From: Thermodesulfobacteriota bacterium
GTDB taxonomy: Bacteria > Desulfobacterota > Binatia > Bin18
Length of the DNA stretch: 64,000 nucleotides
Direction: 5' to 3'
Assembly (NCBI GenBank): GCA_964291405.2
Contig: OZ219926.1
Coordinates: 1,504,001 to 1,568,000, forward strand
Shown: positions 50,640 to 61,583 of the stretch, one piece after another
How positions within the stretch are numbered: the stretch's first letter is position 1
Layout: every line of letters begins with the position of its first letter
Program-made: the position numbers and the translations under genes
Notes under the pieces: generated by a model
Databases searched by the model: none
Told to the model about the DNA's origin: nothing
Seen by the model: only the letters and a program-made list of their open reading frames with translations

Positions 50640-51467
50640 ATGGCTCCTCGTTCCGTCAATCAGGCAAAGAACACGCAGGTCCGCCCTCGGGTTTCCCGGA
50701 AAACGAGCCACCCGCGCGCACGCCGCCGACTGATCTTTGCGCTCGATGTTGCTTCACTGAAAGAAGTCGATCACTACGTTGCCCTGCTTGCCGACGAGGT
50801 CGGCCTGTTCAAGGTCGGTAAGCAACTGTTCGTGCACGCCGGTCCCGAGGTTGTCCGCCGCATTCACACCAAGGGCGGTTCGGTCTTCCTCGACCTCAAA
50901 TTCCACGACATTCCCCAGACAGTGGCTTCCGCCTCAGTGGAAGCCGCCCGTCTAGGGGTGAAGATGCTCACCCTGCACGCCTCTGGTGGTGTCGATATGT
51001 TACAGCAGGCCCACCGGGCAGTCCGTTCCGTGTGTCGCGCCGAACAGCTCACCCGCCCCACCCTTCTGGCTGTTACCGTGTTGACGAGTCTGGGCCGGGA
51101 CGACCTCAAGCAGGTCGGGGTTAGCGCTGGTCCGGCGACGCAAGTCGTTCGGCTCGCCCGGCTTGCCCAACAAGCAGGTATTGAAGGTCTGGTAGCTTCT
51201 CCTCGAGAAATTACCGCAGTCCGTCGCGCCTGTGGAGACAAACTGACCCTGGTCATTCCAGGCGTTCGTCCGCAGGGCAGCACAGCCGACGATCAGAAGC
51301 GAATTCTAACGCCTCCCCAAGCCATGCAGGCCGGAGCAAATTATCTGGTTGTTGGCAGACCTATTCGAGATGCCATAGACCCACGCCAGGCCGCACGTGA
51401 TATTGTCACAGACATGGCACGGGGGCTGAGCAAACGACCTCAAGCAGTGATACGCTCACGGCAATAG
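50640..51467 (+). CDS. pyrF: Orotidine-5'-phosphate decarboxylase
   Basis: IFALDV, FKVG, FLDLKFHDIPQTV, VTVLTS, PGVR, DDQKR, VVGRPI. Confidence 0.97.
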   Translation: MAPRSVNQAKNTQVRPRVSRKTSHPRARRRLIFALDVASLKEVDHYVALLADEVGLFKVGKQLFVHAGPEVVRRIHTKGGSVFLDLKFHDIPQTVASASVEAARLGVKMLTLHASGGVDMLQQAHRAVRSVCRAEQLTRPTLLAVTVLTSLGRDDLKQVGVSAGPATQVVRLARLAQQAGIEGLVASPREITAVRRACGDKLTLVIPGVRPQGSTADDQKRILTPPQAMQAGANYLVVGRPIRDAIDPRQAARDIVTDMARGLSKRPQAVIRSRQ

Positions 51468-51535
51468 GGCAAAGAGTAAGGGAGGAAAAGGGTCTGTCGC
51501 CCGATGGGCAAGACGACAGACATGAGGTCATTCGT

Positions 51536-51853
51536 CTACTGGGTTAACGAGGGCTGTGTTGGATGGAATCGATAGACAATATCGTGCTCGCGCACGAGGA
51601 CGAGCCTGTCGCGAGCGAGTTGTTCCAAAAAGAGGTCGTCCGTGTGCAAACGCCGAATGCGTTCCTTGAGATCGTCATTCTCGCGCAACAGCGTCCGGAC
51701 TTGCGTTTCCAATGCGCGCTGCTCTTCGGTCAGGTGGAAGAGATGCAGAAGCCCGCGCTCGCTCCACACGGTTGAATACCCGAGCAGGGCGTACAGCGCC
51801 AGAATCGATGGGAACCACACCCAGCCGCACCGCCGCACTACCGTTCGTCCCAT
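51536..51853 (-). CDS. ftsB: FtsB/DivIC septum formation initiator
   Basis: Single TM helix, ERGLL, coiled coil ENDDLKERIRRL, LEQLARDRLVLVREHDIVYRF; start uncertain. Confidence 0.8.
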   Translation of the reverse strand: MGRTVVRRCGWVWFPSILALYALLGYSTVWSERGLLHLFHLTEEQRALETQVRTLLRENDDLKERIRRLHTDDLFLEQLARDRLVLVREHDIVYRFHPTQPSLTQ

Positions 51854-51870
51854 ACAGAACATTCTACTGA

Positions 51871-53229
<1,359 letters not shown>

Positions 53230-53361
53230 CACCTTGTTCTTGTGCATTTTTGTTGCAGCAAAGAGGCCAATCTGATAAAAGATAATGAAAAGCCCTTCCG
53301 CCTTACATATATGATTTTTATGGACTAAGGGGTTCCCACACTCATACCGAAGGAGGTCACT

Positions 53362-53619
53362 ATGCCTGCGAAGAAGAAAGCGGCCAAGAAAACCGTCAAG
53401 AAGGCGGCCAAGAAGGCCCCAGCCAAGAAAGCGGCCAAGAAAGCTCCGGCCAAGAAGAAAGCGGCCAAGAAAACCGTCAAGAAGGCGGCCAAGAAAGCTC
53501 CGGCCAAGAAGAAAGCGGCCAAGAAAACCGTAAAGAAGGCGGCCAAGAAAGCTCCGGCCAAGAAAGCTCCGGCCAAGAAAGCTCCGGCCAAGAAGAGAGC
53601 GGCTAAGAAGAGAGCGTAA
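53362..53619 (+). CDS. Histone H1-like (Hc2/AlgP-type) Lys/Ala-rich DNA-binding protein
   Basis: 85 aa almost entirely [18 protein letters not shown] / PAKKA repeats; AAGGAGGT RBS; own terminator. Confidence 0.85.
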   Translation: MPAKKKAAKKTVKKAAKKAPAKKAAKKAPAKKKAAKKTVKKAAKKAPAKKKAAKKTVKKAAKKAPAKKAPAKKAPAKKRAAKKRA

Positions 53620-53662
53620 CGTCGCTCAGTGCGGCAGCAAGATACGAGGCGGAGGATTTCCA

Positions 53663-53693
53663 AGAAAAGGCCCCAAGCGGGCCTTTTCTCTTT
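53663..53693 (+). terminator. Intrinsic terminator
   Basis: AGAAAAGGCCC-CAAGC-GGGCCTTTTCT then CTTT. Confidence 0.8.
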
Positions 53694-54521
53694 GTGCACA
53701 TGAAACAGCGACTCGCCGCGTACACCGCTGAGGTGCTCTTCCCGGAACGAGAGAAATTTACCGCTCCACTGCTCCTACTTCCGGGTTTATGGACGGGAAG
53801 CTGGATATGGCAGGAAGTCGCATGGGGCTTTTCTCAGCGGGGTTGGTCGTGCTGGGCGCTTGATCTGTACGAGCAGTCCGCAGCCCGCCGGCGTGGGGCT
53901 ATCTCTTTTGACGATCATCTCACGACCGTTACCACAGCCATTGCTGCGTTCGATTGCCCGCCCGTTGTAATCGGTTTTGATCTGGGCAGTCTCCTCGCGC
54001 TCCTCGTCGCCACCCGCACACAACCGCGCGCCCTCGTCTGTATCTCTCCCCTGCTCCCCTGTCACTGGCAGGCTGACCTGCGTCCGGCTCTCCCTCTGGT
54101 ACGACTCGCCGCCCTGCCCGCACTCCTGTGGAACCGCATCCATCCTCCTCCGTCTCGTCGGCTTGCCCGCGATTTCCTTTTCCACACGCTTCCGGCAGGG
54201 CTGCACGACCAGTTATACGCCCAGCTTGAGCCGGACTCGGGCAGAGTCGTCCGCACCCTCACCCAAGGCCAGACCGATTTTCCGGCAGCTCCCCTACCCT
54301 GTCCCAGTTTGGTTGTCTGGGGACATGAAGACCGTATGGTGCCTGCTCCGACCGTACGTTGGCTCGCAGACGCCCTGCAGGCCACCAGCCTGAGCTACCC
54401 GGACCAAGGTCACTGGCTTCTGGCTGGTCCACAGGCGGCATCCCTTGTCGGGGATGTTCATCGCTGGTTGATCCGCTCGCTGGGAGAAGCGTTGTTATTA
54501 CCCCCAGAAGAAGGCGAATAG
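53694..54521 (+). CDS. Alpha/beta hydrolase fold protein with atypical nucleophile elbow
   Basis: PLLLLPGLW, WALDL, PPVVIGFDLG, GHEDRMVP, GHW. Confidence 0.75.
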   Translation: MHMKQRLAAYTAEVLFPEREKFTAPLLLLPGLWTGSWIWQEVAWGFSQRGWSCWALDLYEQSAARRRGAISFDDHLTTVTTAIAAFDCPPVVIGFDLGSLLALLVATRTQPRALVCISPLLPCHWQADLRPALPLVRLAALPALLWNRIHPPPSRRLARDFLFHTLPAGLHDQLYAQLEPDSGRVVRTLTQGQTDFPAAPLPCPSLVVWGHEDRMVPAPTVRWLADALQATSLSYPDQGHWLLAGPQAASLVGDVHRWLIRSLGEALLLPPEEGE

Positions 54522-54633
54522 GCATAGCCGTCCAAGCGCCCGAGTTGACCCGGCCTGGATCATTCCCTATCGCCGCTGATATAGAAAGAGTGGGTTCTGT
54601 CCCCAACGATTATCTCAAGGTCTATCCAGCTCC

Positions 54634-56640
54634 ATGCTCCAGCTTATCAATCTGTCCCTCGCCTTTGGCGGACAGGAACTGTTTCGCAATCTCAACTGGC
54701 ATATTCGGAGAGGTGACCGGGTGGGTCTGGTCGGCCCTAACGGTGCGGGTAAGACGACCCTCTTCCGCCTCTTAACCGGACAGCTTGAGCCCGATGCGGG
54801 CCGAGTTCAGCGCGATCGGAACCTCAGCATTGGCTATCTGCCCCAGGAGGGAATCGAAATTTCCGGACGGGATCTCTTCGCCGAGACGCGTTCCGCTCTG
54901 CCGGAGCTGACCGCGCTACAGCAGGAACTGGAGGCGATTCACGCCGCGCTCGATAGCACGAATGGATCGGCCTCCGATGCGTTGGTACAAGCGGAACTGA
55001 TCACACGCTACGGAGACCTCCAGCACCGAATCGAAGAACTCGACGGGTTTCAGGCTGATGCTCAGGTCGCCAAAGTCTTGACCGGTCTGGGCTTTGACGA
55101 AGCGCAGTTTACGGCGCGCACCGAGACGTTCAGCGGGGGCTGGCAGATGCGGATCGCGCTGGCCAAGCTCCTGCTCCGGCAGCCCGATGTCTTGCTGCTT
55201 GACGAGCCGACCAATCACCTCGATCTCGACTCGCTGCTATGGCTTGAGGCCTATCTGCACAATTATCGCGGCAGCATTGTTATCGTTTCCCACGACCGGA
55301 CCTTTCTGGACCGGATGGTCAATCGGGTGGTTGCCCTGCACCGCTCTGCCCTGACCGAATATACGGGCAATTACTCGACCTTTGAGCGCGTATTTGAAGA
55401 ACACCTGGAGTCGTATCGAAAAGCCTATGACACGCAGCAGGAAGAGATTGAACGTCTGACCCGCTTTATCAATACGTTTCGCTATAACGCTCGGAAGGCC
55501 CCGCAGGTCCAGAGTCGGGTCAAACAACTTGAGAAGATGGAAAAGCTCGACCCGCCCCAAACCGTGCCCAAGGGTGTCCGCTTCCATTTTCCTCAGGCCC
55601 CTCGGAGCGGACGGCGGGTGATTGAGTTGCAGGGGGTCAGCAAACGCTACGACAGCGTACAGGTGTTTGAGAATCTGAACCTGGTGATTGAGCGTGGAGA
55701 CCGGGTTGCGGTGGTCGGCGTCAACGGGGCGGGCAAGTCCACCCTCAGCCGCCTCCTGTCCGGGGTTGAAAAGCCCACCTCAGGCAGCCGTCAGCTTGGC
55801 CACCAGGTCGTCCTCGATTACTATGCCCAGCAGCAGGCCGAACGCTTACAGACCGACAACACCGTGTATGAAGAGATCATCCGGGAAGCCGCAACCGACA
55901 TCGTCCCCCAACTCCGCACCCTGCTGGGAGCCTTTCTCTTTTCCGGGGACGCAATTGAAAAGCGGGTCGCCGTGCTCAGCGGCGGTGAAAAGAGCCGCCT
56001 GGCGTTGGCAAAAATGCTGTTGCAGGCCTCGAACCTGCTCATTCTGGATGAGCCCACCAACCATCTCGATATCCGCACCAAAGACATTGTGAAAGAAGCC
56101 CTGCTGCAGTATGCGGGAACTTTTGTCGTTGTGTCGCACGACCGCTATTTTCTCAGCGGTCTGGTAACAAAGGTGCTCGAACTCCAGGACGGGCGCTGCA
56201 CCACCTACCCCGGAACGTTTGAGGAGTTTCTGGAGCGGAAAGAACGACAGACAGACCCGTCTCCACACCAGGAACGGGTCCACCTTCAGAGAGTAGTCCA
56301 GCGAACAGCCGTCTCTTCGCCTACGGCAAGCGCGGCTGGCATTGAAGGCACGCTGGCCGCCATTCGCGAGGCCAAGCACGGCAAGCTCTCCTATCAACAG
56401 CAAAAAGCCGTCCGGGCCGAACGGCAAAAACGGGCCAGACGGTTGGCCGCACTGGAGCAGCATATCGCCACGCTGGAGGACCACAAAGAAAAGCTCGAAC
56501 GCTGCCTCGCGGATGAGAAGACATTTCAGGATCAGGCAAAGGCCCGTGAGGTGGCGAGTCAGTATGAGCAGGTCAAACAGCAACTCGACGAGCAGTATGC
56601 GGAGTGGACGACATTAGCCGAAGAACACGAAAGCCGTTAG
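54634..56640 (+). CDS. ABC-F family ATPase (Uup/YheS-like)
   Basis: Two NBDs (GPNGAGKTT, FSGGWQMR, DEPTNHLD; GVNGAGKST, LSGGEKSR), C-terminal coiled coil, no TM helices. Confidence 0.95.
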   Translation: MLQLINLSLAFGGQELFRNLNWHIRRGDRVGLVGPNGAGKTTLFRLLTGQLEPDAGRVQRDRNLSIGYLPQEGIEISGRDLFAETRSALPELTALQQELEAIHAALDSTNGSASDALVQAELITRYGDLQHRIEELDGFQADAQVAKVLTGLGFDEAQFTARTETFSGGWQMRIALAKLLLRQPDVLLLDEPTNHLDLDSLLWLEAYLHNYRGSIVIVSHDRTFLDRMVNRVVALHRSALTEYTGNYSTFERVFEEHLESYRKAYDTQQEEIERLTRFINTFRYNARKAPQVQSRVKQLEKMEKLDPPQTVPKGVRFHFPQAPRSGRRVIELQGVSKRYDSVQVFENLNLVIERGDRVAVVGVNGAGKSTLSRLLSGVEKPTSGSRQLGHQVVLDYYAQQQAERLQTDNTVYEEIIREAATDIVPQLRTLLGAFLFSGDAIEKRVAVLSGGEKSRLALAKMLLQASNLLILDEPTNHLDIRTKDIVKEALLQYAGTFVVVSHDRYFLSGLVTKVLELQDGRCTTYPGTFEEFLERKERQTDPSPHQERVHLQRVVQRTAVSSPTASAAGIEGTLAAIREAKHGKLSYQQQKAVRAERQKRARRLAALEQHIATLEDHKEKLERCLADEKTFQDQAKAREVASQYEQVKQQLDEQYAEWTTLAEEHESR

Positions 56641-56675
56641 ACCCGGAACAAGACTCTGGAAAAGGGAGAGACCGT

Positions 56676-57659
56676 ATGCGCATAGGATTGGGCCTGCCGC
56701 CGACCGGACATCACTTCGAGGTGTATCAGCAGGTCGCGCGCAAGGCCGAGGAACACGGCTTCGAGAGCCTGTGGGTCGGCGAGGCCTGGGGCACGGAGAC
56801 GAGTACGCTGGTCACCGCCTTTCTGGCCGCTACACAGCGCATTCATGTCGGTACGGGCATCATCTCGCTCTACCTCCGCCCGCCAACGCTCACCGCCATG
56901 CAGGCCGCCAGCATGGACCTGGTCGCACCGGGTCGGGCGCGGCTGGGTATCGGCGTGAGCACGCGCAACATCAACACCTTTCACGGTATTGCCTGGGACC
57001 GGCCCGTGACCCGCACGCGCGAGTATGTGGATATTGTCCGCCGCGTGCTGGCCGGCGAGCGAGTCACGCGTACCGACGGGTTTTATCGGCCGCGGGGCTT
57101 TCGTCTCAGCCTGCGTCTGTCGGGGGCCATGCCGATCTATCTGGCGGCCGTGAACCCGCGCATGCTCCAGTTAGCCGGAGAGATCGCGGACGGCGTGCTG
57201 TTAGCCTGGCTGCCGGCGCGTCAGATTCCCCATTCGCTGGCCGAGATTGCAAAAGGAGCGGAGCGTGCCGGGCGCAGTCTGAGCGATATCGATATCGGCT
57301 GCTATGTGCATACGCTGGTCAGACAGGACCGGGAACAGGCCCTACGACAACTGCGTCATGTGTTGGTGGGCTACTGCCAGGCCAACACGTATATCCAGGG
57401 TTTCCGCCGCTTTGGCTATAGCGATATTCTGGATGAAGTGCATGCCCGCTGGCAGGCCGGCGACCGCAAGGGAGCGGAGGAGTCCATTCCGGATTCCATG
57501 GTCGAAGAGTTGTTTATATTCGGTCCGCCCGAAGACTGCCGCACTCAACTCGGTCATTTTACCGACGCCGGCGTGCAGCACCCCATCGTCGCCTCTCCAC
57601 CGACGAGCCAAATCACCAGGGAAGACCTGCATACGCTGGTTGAGACGTTTGGGCAGTAG
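56676..57659 (+). CDS. LLM-class flavin/F420-dependent oxidoreductase
   Basis: GFESLWVGEAWG, GRARLGIG, PIYLAAVNPRMLQLAGEIADG; start ATG 56676. Confidence 0.88.
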   Translation: MRIGLGLPPTGHHFEVYQQVARKAEEHGFESLWVGEAWGTETSTLVTAFLAATQRIHVGTGIISLYLRPPTLTAMQAASMDLVAPGRARLGIGVSTRNINTFHGIAWDRPVTRTREYVDIVRRVLAGERVTRTDGFYRPRGFRLSLRLSGAMPIYLAAVNPRMLQLAGEIADGVLLAWLPARQIPHSLAEIAKGAERAGRSLSDIDIGCYVHTLVRQDREQALRQLRHVLVGYCQANTYIQGFRRFGYSDILDEVHARWQAGDRKGAEESIPDSMVEELFIFGPPEDCRTQLGHFTDAGVQHPIVASPPTSQITREDLHTLVETFGQ

Positions 57660-57879
57660 TGCAGAGAGGGCCCGGTAAAGTGAGACACTCCTTATGAGAG
57701 TCGTTTATGCTGACTAAGAACCCCGTAGATATACTGAAGAGGATTTGATTCCCGTGAAGTTTGTACAGTACTCTGGCGAAACCCGTTTCGTCACACAGAG
57801 GTAGTATGGGTAATCCGCCCCCTACCAGTACACCAACGCAAGCAACTACAGAAAAGAGCGGAATAAGGATTCGAATCAT
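57660..57879 (-). pseudogene. Possible truncated membrane-protein gene remnant (AT-rich)
   Basis: MIRILIPLFSVVACVGVLVGGG...NQILFSISTGFLVS, then loses hydrophobic character and runs into the convergent LLM gene. Confidence 0.3.
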
Positions 57880-57895
57880 TAATTCTTCGGAAATG

Positions 57896-58273
57896 CTAAA
57901 GAAACACTCCAGGATCAATCTTAAAAAAATCTCCCAGCTTTCTCACCTGCATCCTGCTGATAGCTTGCTCCCCCTTGAGCACCGCTGAGGCTATGTCCTG
58001 AGAGCCGAAGAGTTGCCAGATGTCCTGATGGCCTAGACCGTTATCATCCATGAGAGAAGATAGCATCTCATGCGGTGGCAGGTCTTTGATCGGATAGTGT
58101 TCCTCGTCATACTGCTGAATCAGGTCACTTAGGAGGTCTACAAGCCGTTCTTCTTCAGGCGAAAGCCGCTCTTCGTCCCGGTCAACAAGTTCGCGGATAG
58201 TGGCATTCAGCCGGTCGTACTCGGCCTCTGTACGAATTTTGACCGGAAGCGCCTTACGACTGATGACTTTCAC
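57896..58273 (-). CDS. higA: Orphan HigA-type antitoxin/HTH regulator with a HigB-like first 9 residues
   Basis: IRTEAEY, LLSDLIQQYDEEHYPI, PHEMLSSLMDDNGL, SAVLKGEQAIS..KLGDFF; no toxin ORF upstream. Confidence 0.8.
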   Translation of the reverse strand: MKVISRKALPVKIRTEAEYDRLNATIRELVDRDEERLSPEEERLVDLLSDLIQQYDEEHYPIKDLPPHEMLSSLMDDNGLGHQDIWQLFGSQDIASAVLKGEQAISRMQVRKLGDFFKIDPGVFL

Positions 58274-58387
58274 TGCGTGTCATCTTCTCAATTTAGTGAG
58301 AAAAGGGCAATCCTTTTCAGGCGTTCCGTCCCTTCCAAGAGGGAACCAAGAATATGTCAGAGCAATCACAAGGGTCGCCCCGCCACA

Positions 58388-59383
58388 TCACCCGACCAAC
58401 TTCGCCAAAATCTGCTCATACTCTCTATTATTCTCTGCCTGCACATTGACGTGATGCAGGTCCACTCCGCACTCTGCCTGGGCTTGCAGGCGGTCGATAC
58501 CTGCCTCCACTGATCCCACACAGCCGGTTGCATCGACCAACTGAGCGGGTACGGCTTCACCGGCGGCGCGCGAGCCACCGGCCCAGGCTTCCTTGATGGT
58601 CTCAACCGCTTCCCCATAGCCCAGCCGGGTGAGTTGGGCGGCGTAGAACATGCCCATACGGCCGATGTAAAAGGCCAGCGTACTGGCTGAGGCGGCGCGG
58701 GCTTTGTCAACCTGTGGAGTCACTGTGATGGTGCCTGGCGAACGGACGGCGACCGCATTGGCTGGACGTCCGGCAGCCACACTGGCCTGGCGCAGATTGT
58801 CAATTTCGCTTTTGAGATGTTCGAGGGGGATCATGATCGGCAGCCAGCCGTCTGCCAGTTCTGCGGTCATTTTCACGCTCTTGGCATTCAGCGTTGCCAG
58901 ATAAATCGGAATGTGGTCACGAACGGGCTGGAAGCGCAATGTAAAGCCGCGTTGCAGGTCGAACACCTTGCCTGAGTATTTGAGCGGCTCGCCTTTCATA
59001 AGGGTGTTGATGATCTCCACATACTCACGCATGCGCTGGAGGGGCGGTTGGAACGCGACTCCATGAAAGTGCTCAATCACCTGCGGACCACTCGTTCCCA
59101 GGCCGAGCAGCATACGCCCCCCAGAGACCTCGTCCAGGGTGGCAAAATGCTGGGCCAGCGCGGCAGGCGTGCGTGAGTAGGTATTCACAATCGCCGTGCC
59201 GAGATTGATACGCTTCGTCTTGTCGGCCAGCAGGGTCAAAATGGTGAATGCATCCCGCCCCCAGGCTTCCGGCACCCAGGCCGAATGCACCCCGGCCGCC
59301 TCCGCGATTTGCACCCTTTCACACAGCACCTGGTAGTCGAGCTTGCCCTGCCAATCGATACCAATGGAAATTTTGTAGGCCAT
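58388..59383 (-). CDS. LLM-class (Mer-like, possibly F420-dependent) oxidoreductase
   Basis: WVPEAWGRDAF, GTAIVNTYSRTP, SGGRMLLGLGTSGPQVIEHFHG, ELADGW. Confidence 0.9.
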   Translation of the reverse strand: MAYKISIGIDWQGKLDYQVLCERVQIAEAAGVHSAWVPEAWGRDAFTILTLLADKTKRINLGTAIVNTYSRTPAALAQHFATLDEVSGGRMLLGLGTSGPQVIEHFHGVAFQPPLQRMREYVEIINTLMKGEPLKYSGKVFDLQRGFTLRFQPVRDHIPIYLATLNAKSVKMTAELADGWLPIMIPLEHLKSEIDNLRQASVAAGRPANAVAVRSPGTITVTPQVDKARAASASTLAFYIGRMGMFYAAQLTRLGYGEAVETIKEAWAGGSRAAGEAVPAQLVDATGCVGSVEAGIDRLQAQAECGVDLHHVNVQAENNREYEQILAKLVG

Positions 59384-59540
59384 CTTTCTCCGTGTCCTTT
59401 CTTGGGCTCTGTTTGATCGCGCGACTGTAGCACGTCCCCTTTTGACCGTCAGCTATTCACCGTGTCTGTTCTGCTGGGCTAGTGCTTGACAACCGCACGC
59501 GCTTCTGGCGAGAAGGGGGACCTGTCAAAAAGAGGAACGT

Positions 59541-60869
59541 ATGCCACCTGTCTCATCAGAAGAGACGCTTGACCGGAACAACCCTGCGTCTCAGCCCCAC
59601 GACGCGCCCATTGAGGTCGGGGGACCGTATGCCTATTACGTCCTGGCCGTCCTCTTTGTAGTGTATGTGTTTAATTTTATTGACCGGCAAATCCTGTCCA
59701 TCTTGCTCCAGCCGATTAAGGAGGACCTGCAAGTCTCGGACACGGCCATGGGATTTCTGACCGGCTTTGCCTTTGCGGTTTTTTATGCGATTGCCGGCCT
59801 GCCGCTCGCCCGTGTTGCCGACCGTTGGGTCCGGCGGAGCCTCATTGCCCTGAGCATTGCGACCTGGAGCCTGATGACCGCAGCCTCGGGCTTGGCACGG
59901 AATTTTACCGATCTGGCATTAGCCCGGGTGGGCGTCGGCATAGGTGAGGCAGGCTGCACCCCGCCGGCGCACTCCCTGCTGTCCGACTATTTCCCCCCGG
60001 AAAAGCGCGCGACCGTACTCGCCGTGTATGCGTGCGGCATTTATATGGGCGTAGGTCTGGGCTTCTGGTTGGGTGGCTGGCTGAATGACGCCTTTGGCTG
60101 GCGGGTGGCGTTTATGGTCATTGGTCTTCCCGGCGTCGCCATGGCCCTCGTGGTTCGTTTCACGGTCCGGGAGCCTCCGCGCGGCATGAGTGAACGGACG
60201 GCAGCCGCGAGTCGTTCCTACAGCTTGGGGGAAACCTGGCGGTTTCTGACCCGACTACCCAGCGGGCGTCGCATCAGTTTGGGGGCGGCCTTTCAAGCCT
60301 TTGTGGGCTACGGACTCGGGGCCTGGATTCCCGCCTTTTTTATTCGACTGCACGGCATGACCCCCGGAGAACTGGGATTGTGGCTGTCCTGGATTACCGG
60401 CCTAGGCGGCGCGATTGGCGCCTTTTCCGGCGGCTGGCTTGCGGACCGCTGGGTCAGGGACCAGCCCAAGGCACGGGCCTATATCAGTCTGGTTGGCGCG
60501 CTCTGTTCGACACCCTTTATCGTTGCAGCCTTGGTACTCGAGAATACCACGCTGGCGTTATTAAGCTTCTTCCCGGCGAATATCTTTGGCACAATGTGGA
60601 TAGGACCGGCCGGCTCGATTGTGCAGGACCTTGCTCCGCCGGCCATGCGGGCAACGGCTTCAGCGGTCTTTATTTTTATCCTGACGATGATCGGCCTGGG
60701 TGCCGGCCCTCAGACGGTCGGTATTCTCAACGATCTGATCGGGACGCCGGATGCCATTCGCTACTCCCTGCTCGGAGTGGCAGTCAGCACCAGTCTTCTG
60801 TCCGCCGTCTTTTTCTGGCTGACCGGTAAGACCTTGGAACGGGACATCACCGCCAAGCAACAATTATAG
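59541..60869 (+). CDS. MFS transporter (spinster-like)
   Basis: FNFIDRQILSIL, ARVADRWVRR, RVGVGIGEAG, SDYFPPEKRA; about 12 TM helices. Confidence 0.92.
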   Translation: MPPVSSEETLDRNNPASQPHDAPIEVGGPYAYYVLAVLFVVYVFNFIDRQILSILLQPIKEDLQVSDTAMGFLTGFAFAVFYAIAGLPLARVADRWVRRSLIALSIATWSLMTAASGLARNFTDLALARVGVGIGEAGCTPPAHSLLSDYFPPEKRATVLAVYACGIYMGVGLGFWLGGWLNDAFGWRVAFMVIGLPGVAMALVVRFTVREPPRGMSERTAAASRSYSLGETWRFLTRLPSGRRISLGAAFQAFVGYGLGAWIPAFFIRLHGMTPGELGLWLSWITGLGGAIGAFSGGWLADRWVRDQPKARAYISLVGALCSTPFIVAALVLENTTLALLSFFPANIFGTMWIGPAGSIVQDLAPPAMRATASAVFIFILTMIGLGAGPQTVGILNDLIGTPDAIRYSLLGVAVSTSLLSAVFFWLTGKTLERDITAKQQL

Positions 60870-60926
60870 GAGTACGGGCTTCCAGCCCGCAATAATGACA
60901 GGCTGCGGCCAAGATGGCCGCGCTCC
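60869..60926. repeat. Inverted doublet of REP-like palindromes between convergent genes
   Basis: GGAGTACGGGCTTCCAGCCCGC (+, 60869-60890) and GGAGCGCGGCCATCTTGGCCGC (-, 60905-60926). Confidence 0.6.
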
Positions 60927-60965
60927 CAGGCTAAAAATGACAAAAGCAGGATGAGCGGATACTAA

Positions 60966-61568
60966 CTATACTTGGACCTCAACAGCGTAATAGCCCCGCT
61001 CGGTAGGGGCGGAAAAATATTCCGCCAAGCGAGATAAGACCCGAGGAAAAATTTCGTTCTCCCGGTCGGCAGCCTGCATCTGTTCCCGGCTGGTCCAGAA
61101 GCTCAGCCCCCGTCCGCTGCCGTGCGAGCGATTGGCCAGCCACAGCACACCGTGAAAGCCGGATTGCTGTCTAAGGATGGGCAGATACTCTTTCTCATAA
61201 ATGGCCCGTGCCGGGGCAAGCTGCTCTCCCGGAACGGGCAGGGTAATCATCCGGGCGAACAGCCCACCAACATGCTGGCCGGCTCGGACCAGGACTTCAT
61301 AGTGTTCCGGCTGTGGGTGTACAGTCAAAAACGGCAACAGCATGGCGGCAACAGCCTTACGGCTCTTCGGCTCGGAGCGGGCCAGCGCGACCTCGGAATT
61401 CCATAAGGTGACGATGAAGCCGGTATGCGCCTCCGGGTCGGACAGCACCAAGGTCCCACTGAATCCGGACTCCTGAACCAGGGTGGGCATCACCGCGCTC
61501 CGGTAGACGGAAAGGAAGTCTGTCAGGAGTCCCGGTCTGCATTGGATGGGAGTAACACGCGCGTACAT
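60966..61568 (-). CDS. Tandem ABM-like (dimeric alpha/beta barrel) domain protein
   Basis: Two similar halves: MYARV..QESGFSG..LWNS..YEV and LFARM..QQSGFHG..FWTS..YAV. Confidence 0.7.
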   Translation of the reverse strand: MYARVTPIQCRPGLLTDFLSVYRSAVMPTLVQESGFSGTLVLSDPEAHTGFIVTLWNSEVALARSEPKSRKAVAAMLLPFLTVHPQPEHYEVLVRAGQHVGGLFARMITLPVPGEQLAPARAIYEKEYLPILRQQSGFHGVLWLANRSHGSGRGLSFWTSREQMQAADRENEIFPRVLSRLAEYFSAPTERGYYAVEVQV

Positions 61569-61583
61569 GGGAAGGTGTCCCTT

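Noticed and set aside
53325-53699. Antisense hydrophobic ORF (FLAAFF repeats), and the repeats as a CRISPR array
   Set aside because: It is the mirror of the Lys/Ala-rich gene, which has the RBS and terminator; the repeats are in-frame and have no unique spacers.
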